Source: Antedon mediterranea
Lineage: Eukaryota > Animalia > Echinodermata
DNA: 64,000 bases
Assembly: GCF_964355755.1 (NCBI RefSeq)
Contig: NW_027306097.1
Coordinates: 1-64,000, forward strand
Direction of reading: 5' to 3'
In this document: one piece after another, positions 52,934 to 64,000 of the stretch
Layout of the letters: each line of letters starts with the position of its first letter
How positions within the stretch are numbered: the stretch's first letter is position 1
Made by a program: the position numbers and the translations under genes
The notes under the pieces: generated by a model
Database searches by the model: none
Seen by the model: only the letters and a program-made list of their open reading frames with translations
What the model was told of the DNA's origin: nothing

Positions 52934-55900
52934 GGTCTAAAACGTCTCCAAATGCGATTTGAAGCTATTCTAAGCACTTTGGTGTTTTTATGTTAACAGG
53001 TTTTTTCGACGAACACAAAATGTTCTAAAACGTCTCCAAATGCGATTTGAAGCTATTCTAAGCACTTTGGTGTTTTTATGTTAACAGTTTTTTTCGAAAA
53101 ACACAAAATGTTCTAAAACGTCTCCAAATGCGATTTGAAGCTATTCTAAGCACTTTGGTGTTTTGTGTGAAAAAGTTTTGTCTAAATGCTCAAAATGGTC
53201 TAAAACGTTTTTAAATACGATATTAAGCTATTTTGTGCTCTTTGATGTTTTTGTGTGAAAAGTGTTATCGAAATGCTCAAAATGGTCTAAAACGGTTTAT
53301 AATGTGATTTTAAGCACTTTGATGTTTTTGTGTAATCAAGTTTCATCGAAATGCACAAATTGGTCTAAAACGTCTCCAAATGCGATTTGAAGCTATTCTA
53401 AGCACTTTGGTGTTTTGTGTGAAAAAGTTTTGTCGAAATGCTCAAAATGGTCTAAAACGTTTTTAAATACGATATTAAGCTATTTTGTGCTCTTTGATGT
53501 TTTTGTGTGAAAAGTGTTATCGAAATGCTCAAAATGGTCTAAAACGGTTTATAATGTGATTTTAAGCACTTTGATGTTTTTGTGTAACCAAGTTTTTTCG
53601 AAAATCTCAAAATGGTCTAAAACGTCTCCAAATACGATTTGAAGCTATTCTAAGCACTTTGGTGTTTTTATGTTAACAAGTTTTTTCGAAAATCACAAAA
53701 TGGTCTAAAACGTCTCCAAATGCGATTTTAAGCTATTCTAAGCACTTTGGTGTTTTTATGTTAACAAGTTTTTTCAAAATCACAAAATGGTCTAAAACGT
53801 CTCCAAATGCGATTTGAAGCTATTCTAAACCCTTTGGTGTTTTTATGTTGATAAGTTTTTTCGAAAATCACAAATTGGTCTAAAACGTCTCCAAATGCGA
53901 TTTGAAGCTATTCTAAACACTTTGGTGTTTTTATGTTAACAATTTTTTTCGAAAATCACAAAATGGTCTAAAACGTTTCCAAATGCGATTTGAAGCTATT
54001 CTAAGCACTTTCGTGTTTTTATGTTAACAAGTTTTTTCGAAAATCACAAAATGGTCTAAAACGTTTCCAAATTCGATTTGAAGCTATTCTAAGCACTTTC
54101 GTGTTTTTATGTTAACAAGTTTTTTCGAAAATCACAAAATGGTCTGAAACGTCTCCAAATGTGATTTGAAGCTATTCTAACACTTTGGTGTTTTTATGTT
54201 AACAAGTTTTTTCAAAAATCACAAAATGGTCTAAAACGTCTCCAAATGCGATTTGAAGCTATTCTAAGCACTTCTGTGTTTTGTGTGAAAAAGTTTTATC
54301 TAAATGCTCAAAATGGTCTAAAACATTTTTAAATACGATATTAAGCTATTTTGTGCTCTTTGATGTTTTTGTGTGAAAATTGTTATCGAAATGCTCAAAA
54401 TGGTCTAAAACGGTTTATAATGTGATTCTAAGCACTTTGGTGTTTTTATGTTAACAATTTTTTTCGAAAATCACAAAATGGTCTAAAACGTTTCCAAATG
54501 CGATTTGAAGCTATTCTAAGCACTTTCGTGTTTTTATGTTAACAAGTTTTTTCGAAAATCACAAAATGGTCTAAAACGTCTCCAAATGTGATTTGAAGCT
54601 ATTCTAAGCACTTTGGTGTTTTTATGTTAAAAAGTTTTTTCGAAAATCACAAAATGGTCTAAAACGTCTCCAAATGCGATTTGAAGCCCTTTGGTATTTT
54701 GTGTGAAAAAGTTTTGTCGAAATGCTCAAAATGGTCTAAAACGATTTATAATGTCATTTTAAGCACTTTGATGTTTTTGTGTAACCAAGTTTCATCGAAA
54801 TGCACAAAATGGTCTAAAACGTCTCCAAATGCGATTTGAAGCTATTCTAAGCACTTTGGTGTTTTGTGTGAAAAAGTTTTGTCTAAATGCTCAAAAAATG
54901 GTCTAAAACGTTTTTAAATACGATATTAAGCTATTTTGTGCTCTTTGATGTTTTTGTGTGAAAAGTGTTATCGAAATGCTCAAAATGGTCTAAAACGGTT
55001 TATAATGTGATTTTAAGAACGTTGATGTTTTTGTGTAATCAAGTTTCATCGAAATGCACAAATTGGTCTAAAACGTCTCCAAATGCGATTTGAAGCTATT
55101 CTAAGCACTTTGGTGTTTTGTGTGAAAAAGTTTTGTCGAAATGCTCAAAATGGTCTAAAACGTTTTTAAATACGATATTAAGCTATTTTGTGCTCTTTGA
55201 TGTTTTTGTGTGAAAAGTGTTATCGAAATGTTCAAAATGGTCTAAAACGGTTTATAATGTGATTTTAAGCACTTTGATGTTTTTGTGTAACCAAGTTTTT
55301 TCGAAAATCTCAAAATGGTCTAAAACGTCTCCAAATACGATTTGAAGCTATTCTAAGCACTTTGGTGTTTTTATGTTAACAAGTTCTTTCGAAAATCACA
55401 AAATGGTCTAAAACGTCTCCAAATGCGATTTGAAGCTATTCTAAGCACTTTGGTGTTTTTATGTTAACAAGTTTTTTCAAAATCACAAAATGGTCTAAAC
55501 CGTCTCCAAATGCGATTTGAAGCTATTCTAAGCACTTTGGTGTTTTGTGTGAAAAAGTTTTATCTAAATGCTCAAAATGGTCTAAAACATTTTTAAATAC
55601 GATATTAAGCTATTTTGTGCTCTTTGATGTTTTTGTGTGAAAATTGTTATCGAAATGCTCAAAATGGTCTAAAACGGTTTATATTGTGATTCTAAGCACT
55701 TTGGTGTTTTTATGTTAACAATCTTTTTCGAAAATCACAAAATGGTCTAAAACGTTTCCAAATGCGATTTGAAGCTATTCTAACCACTTTCGTGTTTTTA
55801 TGTTAACAAGTTTTTTCGAAAATCACAAAATGGTCTAAAACGTCTCCAAATGTGATTTGAAGCTATTCTAAGCACTTTGGTGTTTTTATGTTAACAAGTT

Positions 55901-58900
55901 TTTTCAAAAATCACAAAATGGTCTAAAACGTCTCCAAATGCGATTTGAAGCTATTCTAAGCACTTTGGTGTTTTTATGTTAACAGGTTTTTTCGAAGAAC
56001 ACAAAATGTTCTAAAACGTCTCCAAATGCGATTTGAAACTATTCTAAGCACTTTGGTGTTTTTATGTTAACAGTTTTTTTCGAAAAACACAAAATGTTCT
56101 AAAACGTCTCCAAATGCGATTTGAAGCTATTCTAAGCACTTTGGTGTTTTTATGTTAACAGGTTTTTTCGACGAACACAAAATGTTCTAAAACGTCTCCA
56201 AATGCGATTTGAAGCTATTCTAAGCACTTTGGTGTTTTTATGTTAACAGTTTTTTTCGAAAAACACAAAATGTTCTAAAACGTCTCCAAATGCGATTTGA
56301 AGCTATTCTAAGCACTTTGGTGTTTTGTGTGAAAAAGTTTTGTCTAAATGCTCAAAATGGTCTAAAACGTTTTTAAATACGATATTAAGCTATTTTGTGC
56401 TCTTTGATGTTTTTGTGTGAAAAGTGTTATCGAAATGCTCAAAATGGTCTAAAACGGTTTATAATGTGATTTTAAGCACTTTGATGTTTTTGTGTAATCA
56501 AGTTTCATCGAAATGCACAAATTGGTCTAAAACGTCTCCAAATGCGATTTGAAGCTATTCTAAGCACTTTGGTGTTTTGTGTGAAAAAGTTTTGTCGAAA
56601 TGCTCAAAATGGTCTAAAACGTTTTTAAATACGATATTAAGCTATTTTGTGCTCTTTGATGTTTTTGTGTGAAAAGTGTTATCGAAATGCTCAAAATGGT
56701 CTAAAACGGTTTATAATGTGATTTTAAGCACTTTGATGTTTTTGTGTAACCAAGTTTTTTCGAAAATCTCAAAATGGTCTAAAACGTCCTCCAAATACGA
56801 TTTGAAGCTATTCTAAGCACTTTGGTGTTTTTATGTTAACAAGTTTTTTCGAAAATCACAAAATGGTCTAAAACGTCTCCAAATGCGATTTGAAGCTATT
56901 CTAAGCACTTTGGTGTTTTTATGTTAACAAGTTTTTTCAAAATCACAAAATGGTCTAAAACGTCTCCAAATGCGATTTGAAGCTATTCTAAACCCTTTGG
57001 TGTTTTTATGTTGATAAGTTTTTTCGAAAATCACAAATTGGTCTAAAACGTCTCCAAATGCGATTTGAAGCTATTCTAAACACTTTGGTGTTTTTATGTT
57101 AACAATTTTTTTCGAAAATCACAAAATGGTCTAAAACGTTTCCAAATGCGATTTGAAGCTATTCTAAGCACTTTCGTGTTTTTATGTTAACAAGTTTTTT
57201 CGAAAATCACAAAATGGTCTAAAACGTTTCCAAATTCGATTTGAAGCTATTCTAAGCACTTTCGTGTTTTTATGTTAACAAGTTTTTTCGAAAATCACAA
57301 AATGGTCTGAAACGTCTCCAAATGTGATTTGAAGCTATTCTAACACTTTGGTGTTTTTATGTTAACAAGTTTTTTCAAAAATCACAAAATGGTCTAAAAC
57401 GTCTCCAAATGCGATTTGAAGCTATTCTAAGCACTTTGGTGTTTTGTGTGAAAAAGTTTTATCTAAATGCTCAAAATGGTCTAAAACATTTTTAAATACG
57501 ATATTAAGCTATTTTGTGCTCTTTGATGTTTTTGTGTGAAAATTGTTATCGAATTTCTCAAAATGGTCTAAAACGGTTTATAATGTGATTCTAAGCACTT
57601 TGGTGTTTTTATGTTAACAATTTTTTTCGAAAATCACAAAATGGTCTAAAACGTCTCCAAATGCGATTTGAAGCTATTCTAAACACTTTGGTGTTTTTAT
57701 GTTAACAATTTTTTTCGAAAATCACAAAATGGTCTAAAACGTTTCCAAATGCGATTTGAAGCTATTCTAAGCACTTTGGTGTTTTTATGTTAAAAAGTTT
57801 TTTCGAAAATCACAAAATGGTCTAAAACGTCTCCAAATGCGATTTGAAGCCCTTTGGTATTTTGTGTGAAAAAGTTTTGTCGAAATGCTCAAAATGGTCT
57901 AAAACGATTTATAATGTCATTTTAAGCACTTTGATGTTTTTGTGTAACCAAGTTTCATCGAAATGCACAAAATGGTCTAAAACGTCTCCAAATGCGATTT
58001 GAAGCTATTCTAAGCACTTTGGTGTTTTGTGTGAAAAAGTTTTGTCTAAATGCTCAAAAAATGGTCTAAAACGTTTTTAAATACGATATTAAGCTATTTT
58101 GTGCTCTTTGATGTTTTTGTGTGAAAAGTGTTATCGAAATGCTCAAAATGGTCTAAAACGGTTTATAATGTGATTTTAAGAACGTTGATGTTTTTGTGTA
58201 ATCAAGTTTCATCGAAATGCACAAATTGGTCTAAAACGTCTCCAAATGCGATTTGAAGCTATTCTAAGCACTTTGGTGTTTTGTGTGAAAAAGTTTTGTC
58301 GAAATGCTCAAAATGGTCTAAAACGTTTTTAAATACGATATTAAGCTATTTTGTGCTCTTTGATGTTTTTGTGTGAAAAGTGTTATCGAAATGTTCAAAA
58401 TGGTCTAAAACGGTTTATAATGTGATTTTAAGCACTTTGATGTTTTTGTGTAACCAAGTTTTTTCGAAAATCTCAAAATGGTCTAAAACGTCTCCAAATA
58501 CGATTTGAAGCTATTCTAAGCACTTTGGTGTTTTTATGTTAACAAGTTCTTTCGAAAATCACAAAATGGTCTAAAACGTCTCCAAATGCGATTTGAAGCT
58601 ATTCTAAGCACTTTGGTGTTTTTATGTTAACAAGTTTTTTCAAAATCACAAAATGGTCTAAACCGTCTCCAAATGCGATTTGAAGCTATTCTAAGCACTT
58701 TGGTGTTTTGTGTGAAAAAGTTTTATCTAAATGCTCAAAATGGTCTAAAACATTTTTAAATACGATATTAAGCTATTTTGTGCTCTTTGATGTTTTTGTG
58801 TGAAAATTGTTATCGAAATGCTCAAAATGGTCTAAAACGGTTTATATTGTGATTCTAAGCACTTTGGTGTTTTTATGTTAACAATCTTTTTCGAAAATCA

Positions 58901-59290
58901 CAAAATGGTCTAAAACGTTTCCAAATGCGATTTGAAGCTATTCTAACCACTTTCGTGTTTTTATGTTAACAAGTTTTTTCGAAAATCACAAAATGGTCTA
59001 AAACGTCTCCAAATGTGATTTGAAGCTATTCTAAGCACTTTGGTGTTTTTATGTTAACAAGTTTTTTCAAAAATCACAAAATGGTCTAAAACGTCTCCAA
59101 ATGCGATTTGAAGCTATTCTAAGCACTTTGGTGTTTTTATGTTAACAGGTTTTTTCGAAGAACACAAAATGTTCTAAAACGTCTCCAAATGCGATTTGAA
59201 GCTATTCTAAGCACTTTGGTGTTTTTATGTTAACAGTTTTTTTCGAAAAACACAAAATGTTCTAAAACGTCTCCAAATGCGATTTGAAGC
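52934..59290 (+). repeat. Tandem duplication of a ~3.16-kb block, with related dispersed copies at ~35810-38900 and ~61570-64000
   Basis: CGACGAACAC at 53007/56169/61640; GGTCTGAAAC at 54141/57304/62774 and 37006; AAGAACGTTG at 55015/58178. Confidence 0.85.
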
Positions 59291-62200
59291 TATTCTAAGC
59301 ACTTTGGTGTTTTGTGTGAAAAAGTTTTGTCTAAATGCTCAAAATGGTCTAAAACGTTTTTAAATACGATATTAAGCTATTTTGTGCTCTTTGATGTTTT
59401 TGTGTGAAAAGTGTTATCGAAATGCTCAAAATGGTCTAAAACGGTTTATAATGTGATTTTAAGCACTTTGATGTTTTTGTGTAACCAAGTTTTTTCGAAA
59501 ATCTCAAAATGGTCTAAAACGTCTCCAAATACGATTTGAAGCTATTCTAAGCACTTTGGTGTTTTTATGTTAACAAGTTTTTTCGAAAATCACAAAATGG
59601 TCTAAAACGTCTCCAAATGCGATTTGAAGCTTTTCTAAGCACTTTGGTGTTTTTATGTTAACAAGTTTTTTCAAAATCACAAAATGGTCTAAAACGTCTC
59701 CAAATGAAGCTATTCTAAACCCTTTGGTGTTTTTATGTTGATAAGTTTTTTCGAAAATCACAAATTGGTCTAAAACGTCTCCAAATGCGATTTGAAGCTA
59801 TTCTAAGCACTTTGGTGTTTTTATGTTAACAAGTTTTTTCGAAAATCACAAAATGGTCTAAAACGTCTCCAAATGCGATTTGAAGATATTCTAAACCCTT
59901 TGGTGTTTTTATGTTGATAAGTTTTTTAGAAAATCACAAATTGGTCTAAAATGTCTCCAAATGCGATTTGAAGCTATTCTAAGCACTTTGGTGTTTTTAT
60001 GTTAACAAGTTTTTTCGAAAATCACAAAATGGTCTAAAACGTCTCCAAATGCGATTTGAAGCTATTCTAAACACTTTGGTATTTTTAGGTTAACAAGTTT
60101 TTTCGAAAATCACAAATTGGCCTAAAACGGTCTCCAAATGCGATTTGAAGCTATTCTGTACACTTTGATGTTTTTATGTTAACAATTTTTTTCGAAAATC
60201 ACAAAATGGTCTAAAACGTCTCCAAATGCGATTTGAAGCTATTCTAAGCACTTTGGTGTTTTGTGTGAAAAAGTTTTGTCGAAATGCTCAAAATGGTCTA
60301 AAAAGTTTTTAAATACGATATTAAGCTATTTTGTGCTCTTTGATGTTTTTGTGTGAAAAGTGTTATCGAAATGCTCAAAATGGTCTAAAACGGATTATAA
60401 TGTGATTTTAAGCACATTGATGTTTTTGTGTAACCAAGTTTCATCGAAATGCATAAAATGGTCTAAAACGTCTCCAAATGCGATTTGAAGCTATTCTAAG
60501 TACTTTGGTGTTTTTATGTTAACAAGTTTTTTCGAAAATCACAAAATGGTCTAAAACGTCTCCAAATACGATTTGAAGCTATTGTAAGCACTTTGGTGTT
60601 TTTATGTTAACAAGTTTTTTCAAAAATCACAAATTGGTCTAAAATGTCTCAAATGCGATTTGAAGCACTTTGGTGTTTTTATGTTAACAAGTTTTTTCGA
60701 AAATCACAAAATGGTCTAAAACGTCTCCAAATGCGATTTGAAGCTATTCTAAACACTTTGGTGTTTTGTGTGAAAAAGTTTTGTCTAAATGCTCAAAATG
60801 GTCTAAAACGTTTTTAAATACGATATTAAGCTATTTTGTGCTCTTTGATGTTTTTGTGTGAAAAGTGTTATCGAAATGCTCAAAATGGTCTAAAACGGAT
60901 TATAATGTGATTTTAAGCACTTTGATGTTTTTGTGTAACCAAGTTTTTTCGAAAATCTCAAAATGGTCTAAAACGTCTCCAAATACGATTTGAAGCTATT
61001 CTAAGCACTTTGGTGTTTTTATGTTAACAAGTTTTTTCGAAAATCACAAAATGGTCTAAAACGTCTCCAAATGCGATTTGAAGCTATTCTAAGCACTTTG
61101 GTGTTTTTATGTTAACAAGTTTTTTCAAAATCACAAAATGGTCTAAACCGTCTCCAAATGCGATTTGAAGCTATTCTAAGCACTTTGGTGTTTTGTGTGA
61201 AAAATTTTATCTAAATGCTCAAAATGGTCTAAAACATTTTTAAATACGATATTAAGCTATTTTGTGCTCTTTGATGTTTTTGTGTGAAAATTGTTATCGA
61301 AATGCTCAAAATGGTCTAAAACGGTTTATATTGTGATTCTAAGCACTTTGGTGTTTTTATGTTAACAATCTTTTTCGAAAATCACAAAATGGTCTAAAAC
61401 GTTTCCAAATGCGATTTGAAGCTATTCTAAGCACTTTCGTGTTTTTATGTTAACAAGTTTTTTCGAAAATCACAAAATGGTCTAAAACGTCTCCAAATGT
61501 GATTTGAAGCTATTCTAAGCACTTTGGTGTTTTTATGTTAACAAGTTTTTTCAAAAATCACAAAATGGTCTAAAACGTCTCCAAATGCGATTTGAAGCTA
61601 TTCTAAGCACTTTGGTGTTTTTATGTTAACAGGTTTTTTCGACGAACACAAAATGTTCTAAAACGTCTCCAAATGCGATTTGAAGCTATTCTAAGCACTT
61701 TGGTGTTTTTATGTTAACAGTTTTTTTCGAAAAACACAAAATGTTCTAAAACGTCTCCAAATGCGATTTGAAGCTATTCTAAGCACTTTGGTGTTTTGTG
61801 TGAAAAAGTTTTGTCTAAATGCTCAAAATGGTCTAAAACGTTTTTAAATACGATATTAAGCTATTTTGTGCTCTTTGATGTTTTTGTGTGAAAAGTGTTA
61901 TCGAAATGCTCAAAATGGTCTAAAACGGTTTATAATGTGATTTTAAGCACTTTGATGTTTTTGTGTAATCAAGTTTCATCGAAATGCACAAATTGGTCTA
62001 AAACGTCTCCAAATGCGATTTGAAGCTATTCTAAGCACTTTGGTGTTTTGTGTGAAAAAGTTTTGTCGAAATGCTCAAAATGGTCTAAAACGTTTTTAAA
62101 TACGATATTAAGCTATTTTGTGCTCTTTGATGTTTTTGTGTGAAAAGTGTTATCGAAATGCTCAAAATGGTCTAAAACCGTTTATAATGTGATTTTAAGC

Positions 62201-64000
62201 ACTTTGATGTTTTTGTGTAACCAAGTTTTTTCGAAAATCTCAAAATGGTCTAAAACGTCTCCAAATACGATTTGAAGCTATTCTAAGCACTTTGGTGTTT
62301 TTATGTTAACAAGTTTTTTCGAAAATCACAAAATGGTCTAAAACGTCTCCAAATGCGATTTGAAGCTATTCTAAGCACTTTGGTGTTTTTATGTTAACAA
62401 GTTTTTTCAAAATCACAAAATGGTCTAAAACGTCTCCAAATGCGATTTGAAGCTATTCTAAACCCTTTGGTGTTTTTATGTTGATAAGTTTTTTCGAAAA
62501 TCACAAATTGGTCTAAAACGTCTCCAAATGCGATTTGAAGCTATTCCAAACACTTTGGTGTTTTTATGTTAACAATTTTTTTCGAAAATCACAAAATGGT
62601 CTAAAACGTTTCCAAATGCGATTTGAAGCTATTCTAAGCACTTTCGTGTTTTTATGTTAACAAATTTTTTCGAAAATCACAAAATGGTCTAAAACGTTTC
62701 CAAATTCGATTTGAAGCTATTCTAAGCACTTTCGTGTTTTTATGTTAACAAGTTTTTTCGAAAATCACAAAATGGTCTGAAACGTCTCCAAATGTGATTT
62801 GAAGCTATTCTAACACTTTGGTGTTTTTATGTTAACAAGTTTTTTCAAAAATCACAAAATGGTCTAAAACGTCTCCAAATGCGATTTGAAGCTATTCTAA
62901 GCACTTTGGTGTTTTGTGTGAAAAAGTTTTATCTAAATGCTCAAAATGGTCTAAAACATTTTTAAATACGATATTAAGCTATTTTGTGCTCTTTGATGTT
63001 TTTGTGTGAAAATTGTTATCGAAATGCTCAAAATGGTCTAAAACGGTTTATAATGTGATTCTAAGCACTTTGGTGTTTTTATGTTAACAATTTTTTTCGA
63101 AAATCACAAAATGGTCTAAAACGTTTCCAAATGCGATTTGAAGCTATTCTAAGCACTTTCGTGTTTTTATGTTAACAAATTTTTTCGAAAATCACAAAAT
63201 GGTCTAAAACGTCTCCAAATGTGATTTGAAGCTATTCTAAGCACTTTGGTGTTTTTATGTTAAAAAGTTTTTTCGAAAATCACAAAATGGTCTAAAACGT
63301 CTCCAAATGCGATTTGAAGCCCTTTGGTATTTTGTGTGAAAAAGTTTTGTCGAAATGCTCAAAATGGTCTAAAACGATTTATAATGTCATTTTAAGCACT
63401 TTGATGTTTTTGTGTAACCAAGTTTCATCGAAATGCACAAAATGGTCTAAAACGTCTCCAAATGCGATTTGAAGCTATTCTAAGCACTTTGGTGTTTTGT
63501 GTGAAAAAGTTTTGTCTAAATGCTCAAAAAATGGTCTAAAACGTTTTTAAATACGATATTAAGCTATTTTGTGCTCTTTGATGTTTTTGTGTGAAAAGTG
63601 TTATCGAAATGCTCAAAATGGTCTAAAACGGTTTATAATGTGATTTTAAGCACGTTGATGTTTTTGTGTAATCAAGTTTCATCGAAATGCACAAATTGGT
63701 CTAAAACGTCTCCAAATGCGATTTGAAGCTATTCTAAGCACTTTGGTGTTTTGTGTGAAAAAGTTTTGTCGAAATGCTCAAAATGGTCTAAAACGTTTTT
63801 AAATACGATATTAAGCTATTTTGTGCTCTTTGATGTTTTTGTGTGAAAAGTGTTATCGAAATGTTCAAAATGGTCTAAAACGGTTTATAATGTGATTTTA
63901 AGCACTTTGATGTTTTTGTGTAACCAAGTTTTTTCGAAAATCTCAAAATGGTCTAAAACGTCTCCAAATACGATTTGAAGCTATTCTAAGCACTTTGGTG

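Larger units (their letters stand above)
1..64000. repeat. Tandem satellite DNA array, ~88-bp basic monomer, head-to-tail, extending past both window edges (putative centromeric/pericentromeric satellite)
   Basis: GGTCTAAAAC recurs every 78-88 bp across the whole window (starts at 28, 116, 203, 290, 368 ...). No unique sequence and no inverted block were seen. The centromeric role is inferred only from the architecture. Confidence 0.98.

Noticed and set aside
59570-59761. 63-aa ORF on the minus strand
   Set aside because: Satellite translation kept open by a local 7-bp deletion near 59706. No gene context.
1-64000. CRISPR-like array (conserved 17-bp box with variable intervening sequence)
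   Set aside because: The intervening segments are homologous, repeated hundreds of times and fall into four classes. There are no unique spacers, leader or cas genes.
1-64000. CENP-B box, telomeric repeats, or tandem tRNA/5S/snRNA gene arrays
   Set aside because: No YTTCGTTGGAARCGGGA match, no TTAGGG or TTTAGGG tracts, and no cloverleaf, Pol III A/B boxes or recognisable RNA gene sequence in the 88-bp unit.
1-64000. Transposon insertion or strand inversion within the array
   Set aside because: I saw no non-satellite sequence and no reverse-complement box (GTTTTAGACC) on the plus strand while reading through the window.
1-64000. Monomer order as an information-bearing code or programmed diversification system
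   Set aside because: The ordering is adequately explained by nested duplications and in-register exchanges traced by shared variants. No enzyme gene or other evidence of a programmed system is present.

Overview
The whole 64-kb window is one uninterrupted, single-orientation, AT-rich tandem satellite array (consensus monomer about 32% GC, roughly 750 monomers). It is most plausibly eukaryotic centromeric or pericentromeric heterochromatin, but I cannot identify the species or family. I found no genes, RNA genes, transposons or CRISPR array, and the five listed ORFs are chance read-throughs of the repeat. Four related monomer classes build the array: A (88 bp), B (87), C (87) and D (78), plus a recurrent 38-bp truncated D. 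All share a 17-bp box, CAAAATGGTCTAAAACG. The monomers follow a modular higher-order grammar: 252-bp B-C-D trimers, 504-bp double trimers and 165-bp B-D dimers, separated by A runs of variable length. Diagnostic variants reveal nested duplications with periods or offsets of about 15.8, 7.4, 4.7, 3.16, 1.55 and 0.75 kb, and distinct left and right variant domains. They also show the same 10-bp microhomology deletion on three backgrounds, CpG-decay variants, and an indel-rich first 5.6 kb that probably reflects sequencing error. All positions and offsets were counted by eye and should be confirmed computationally.
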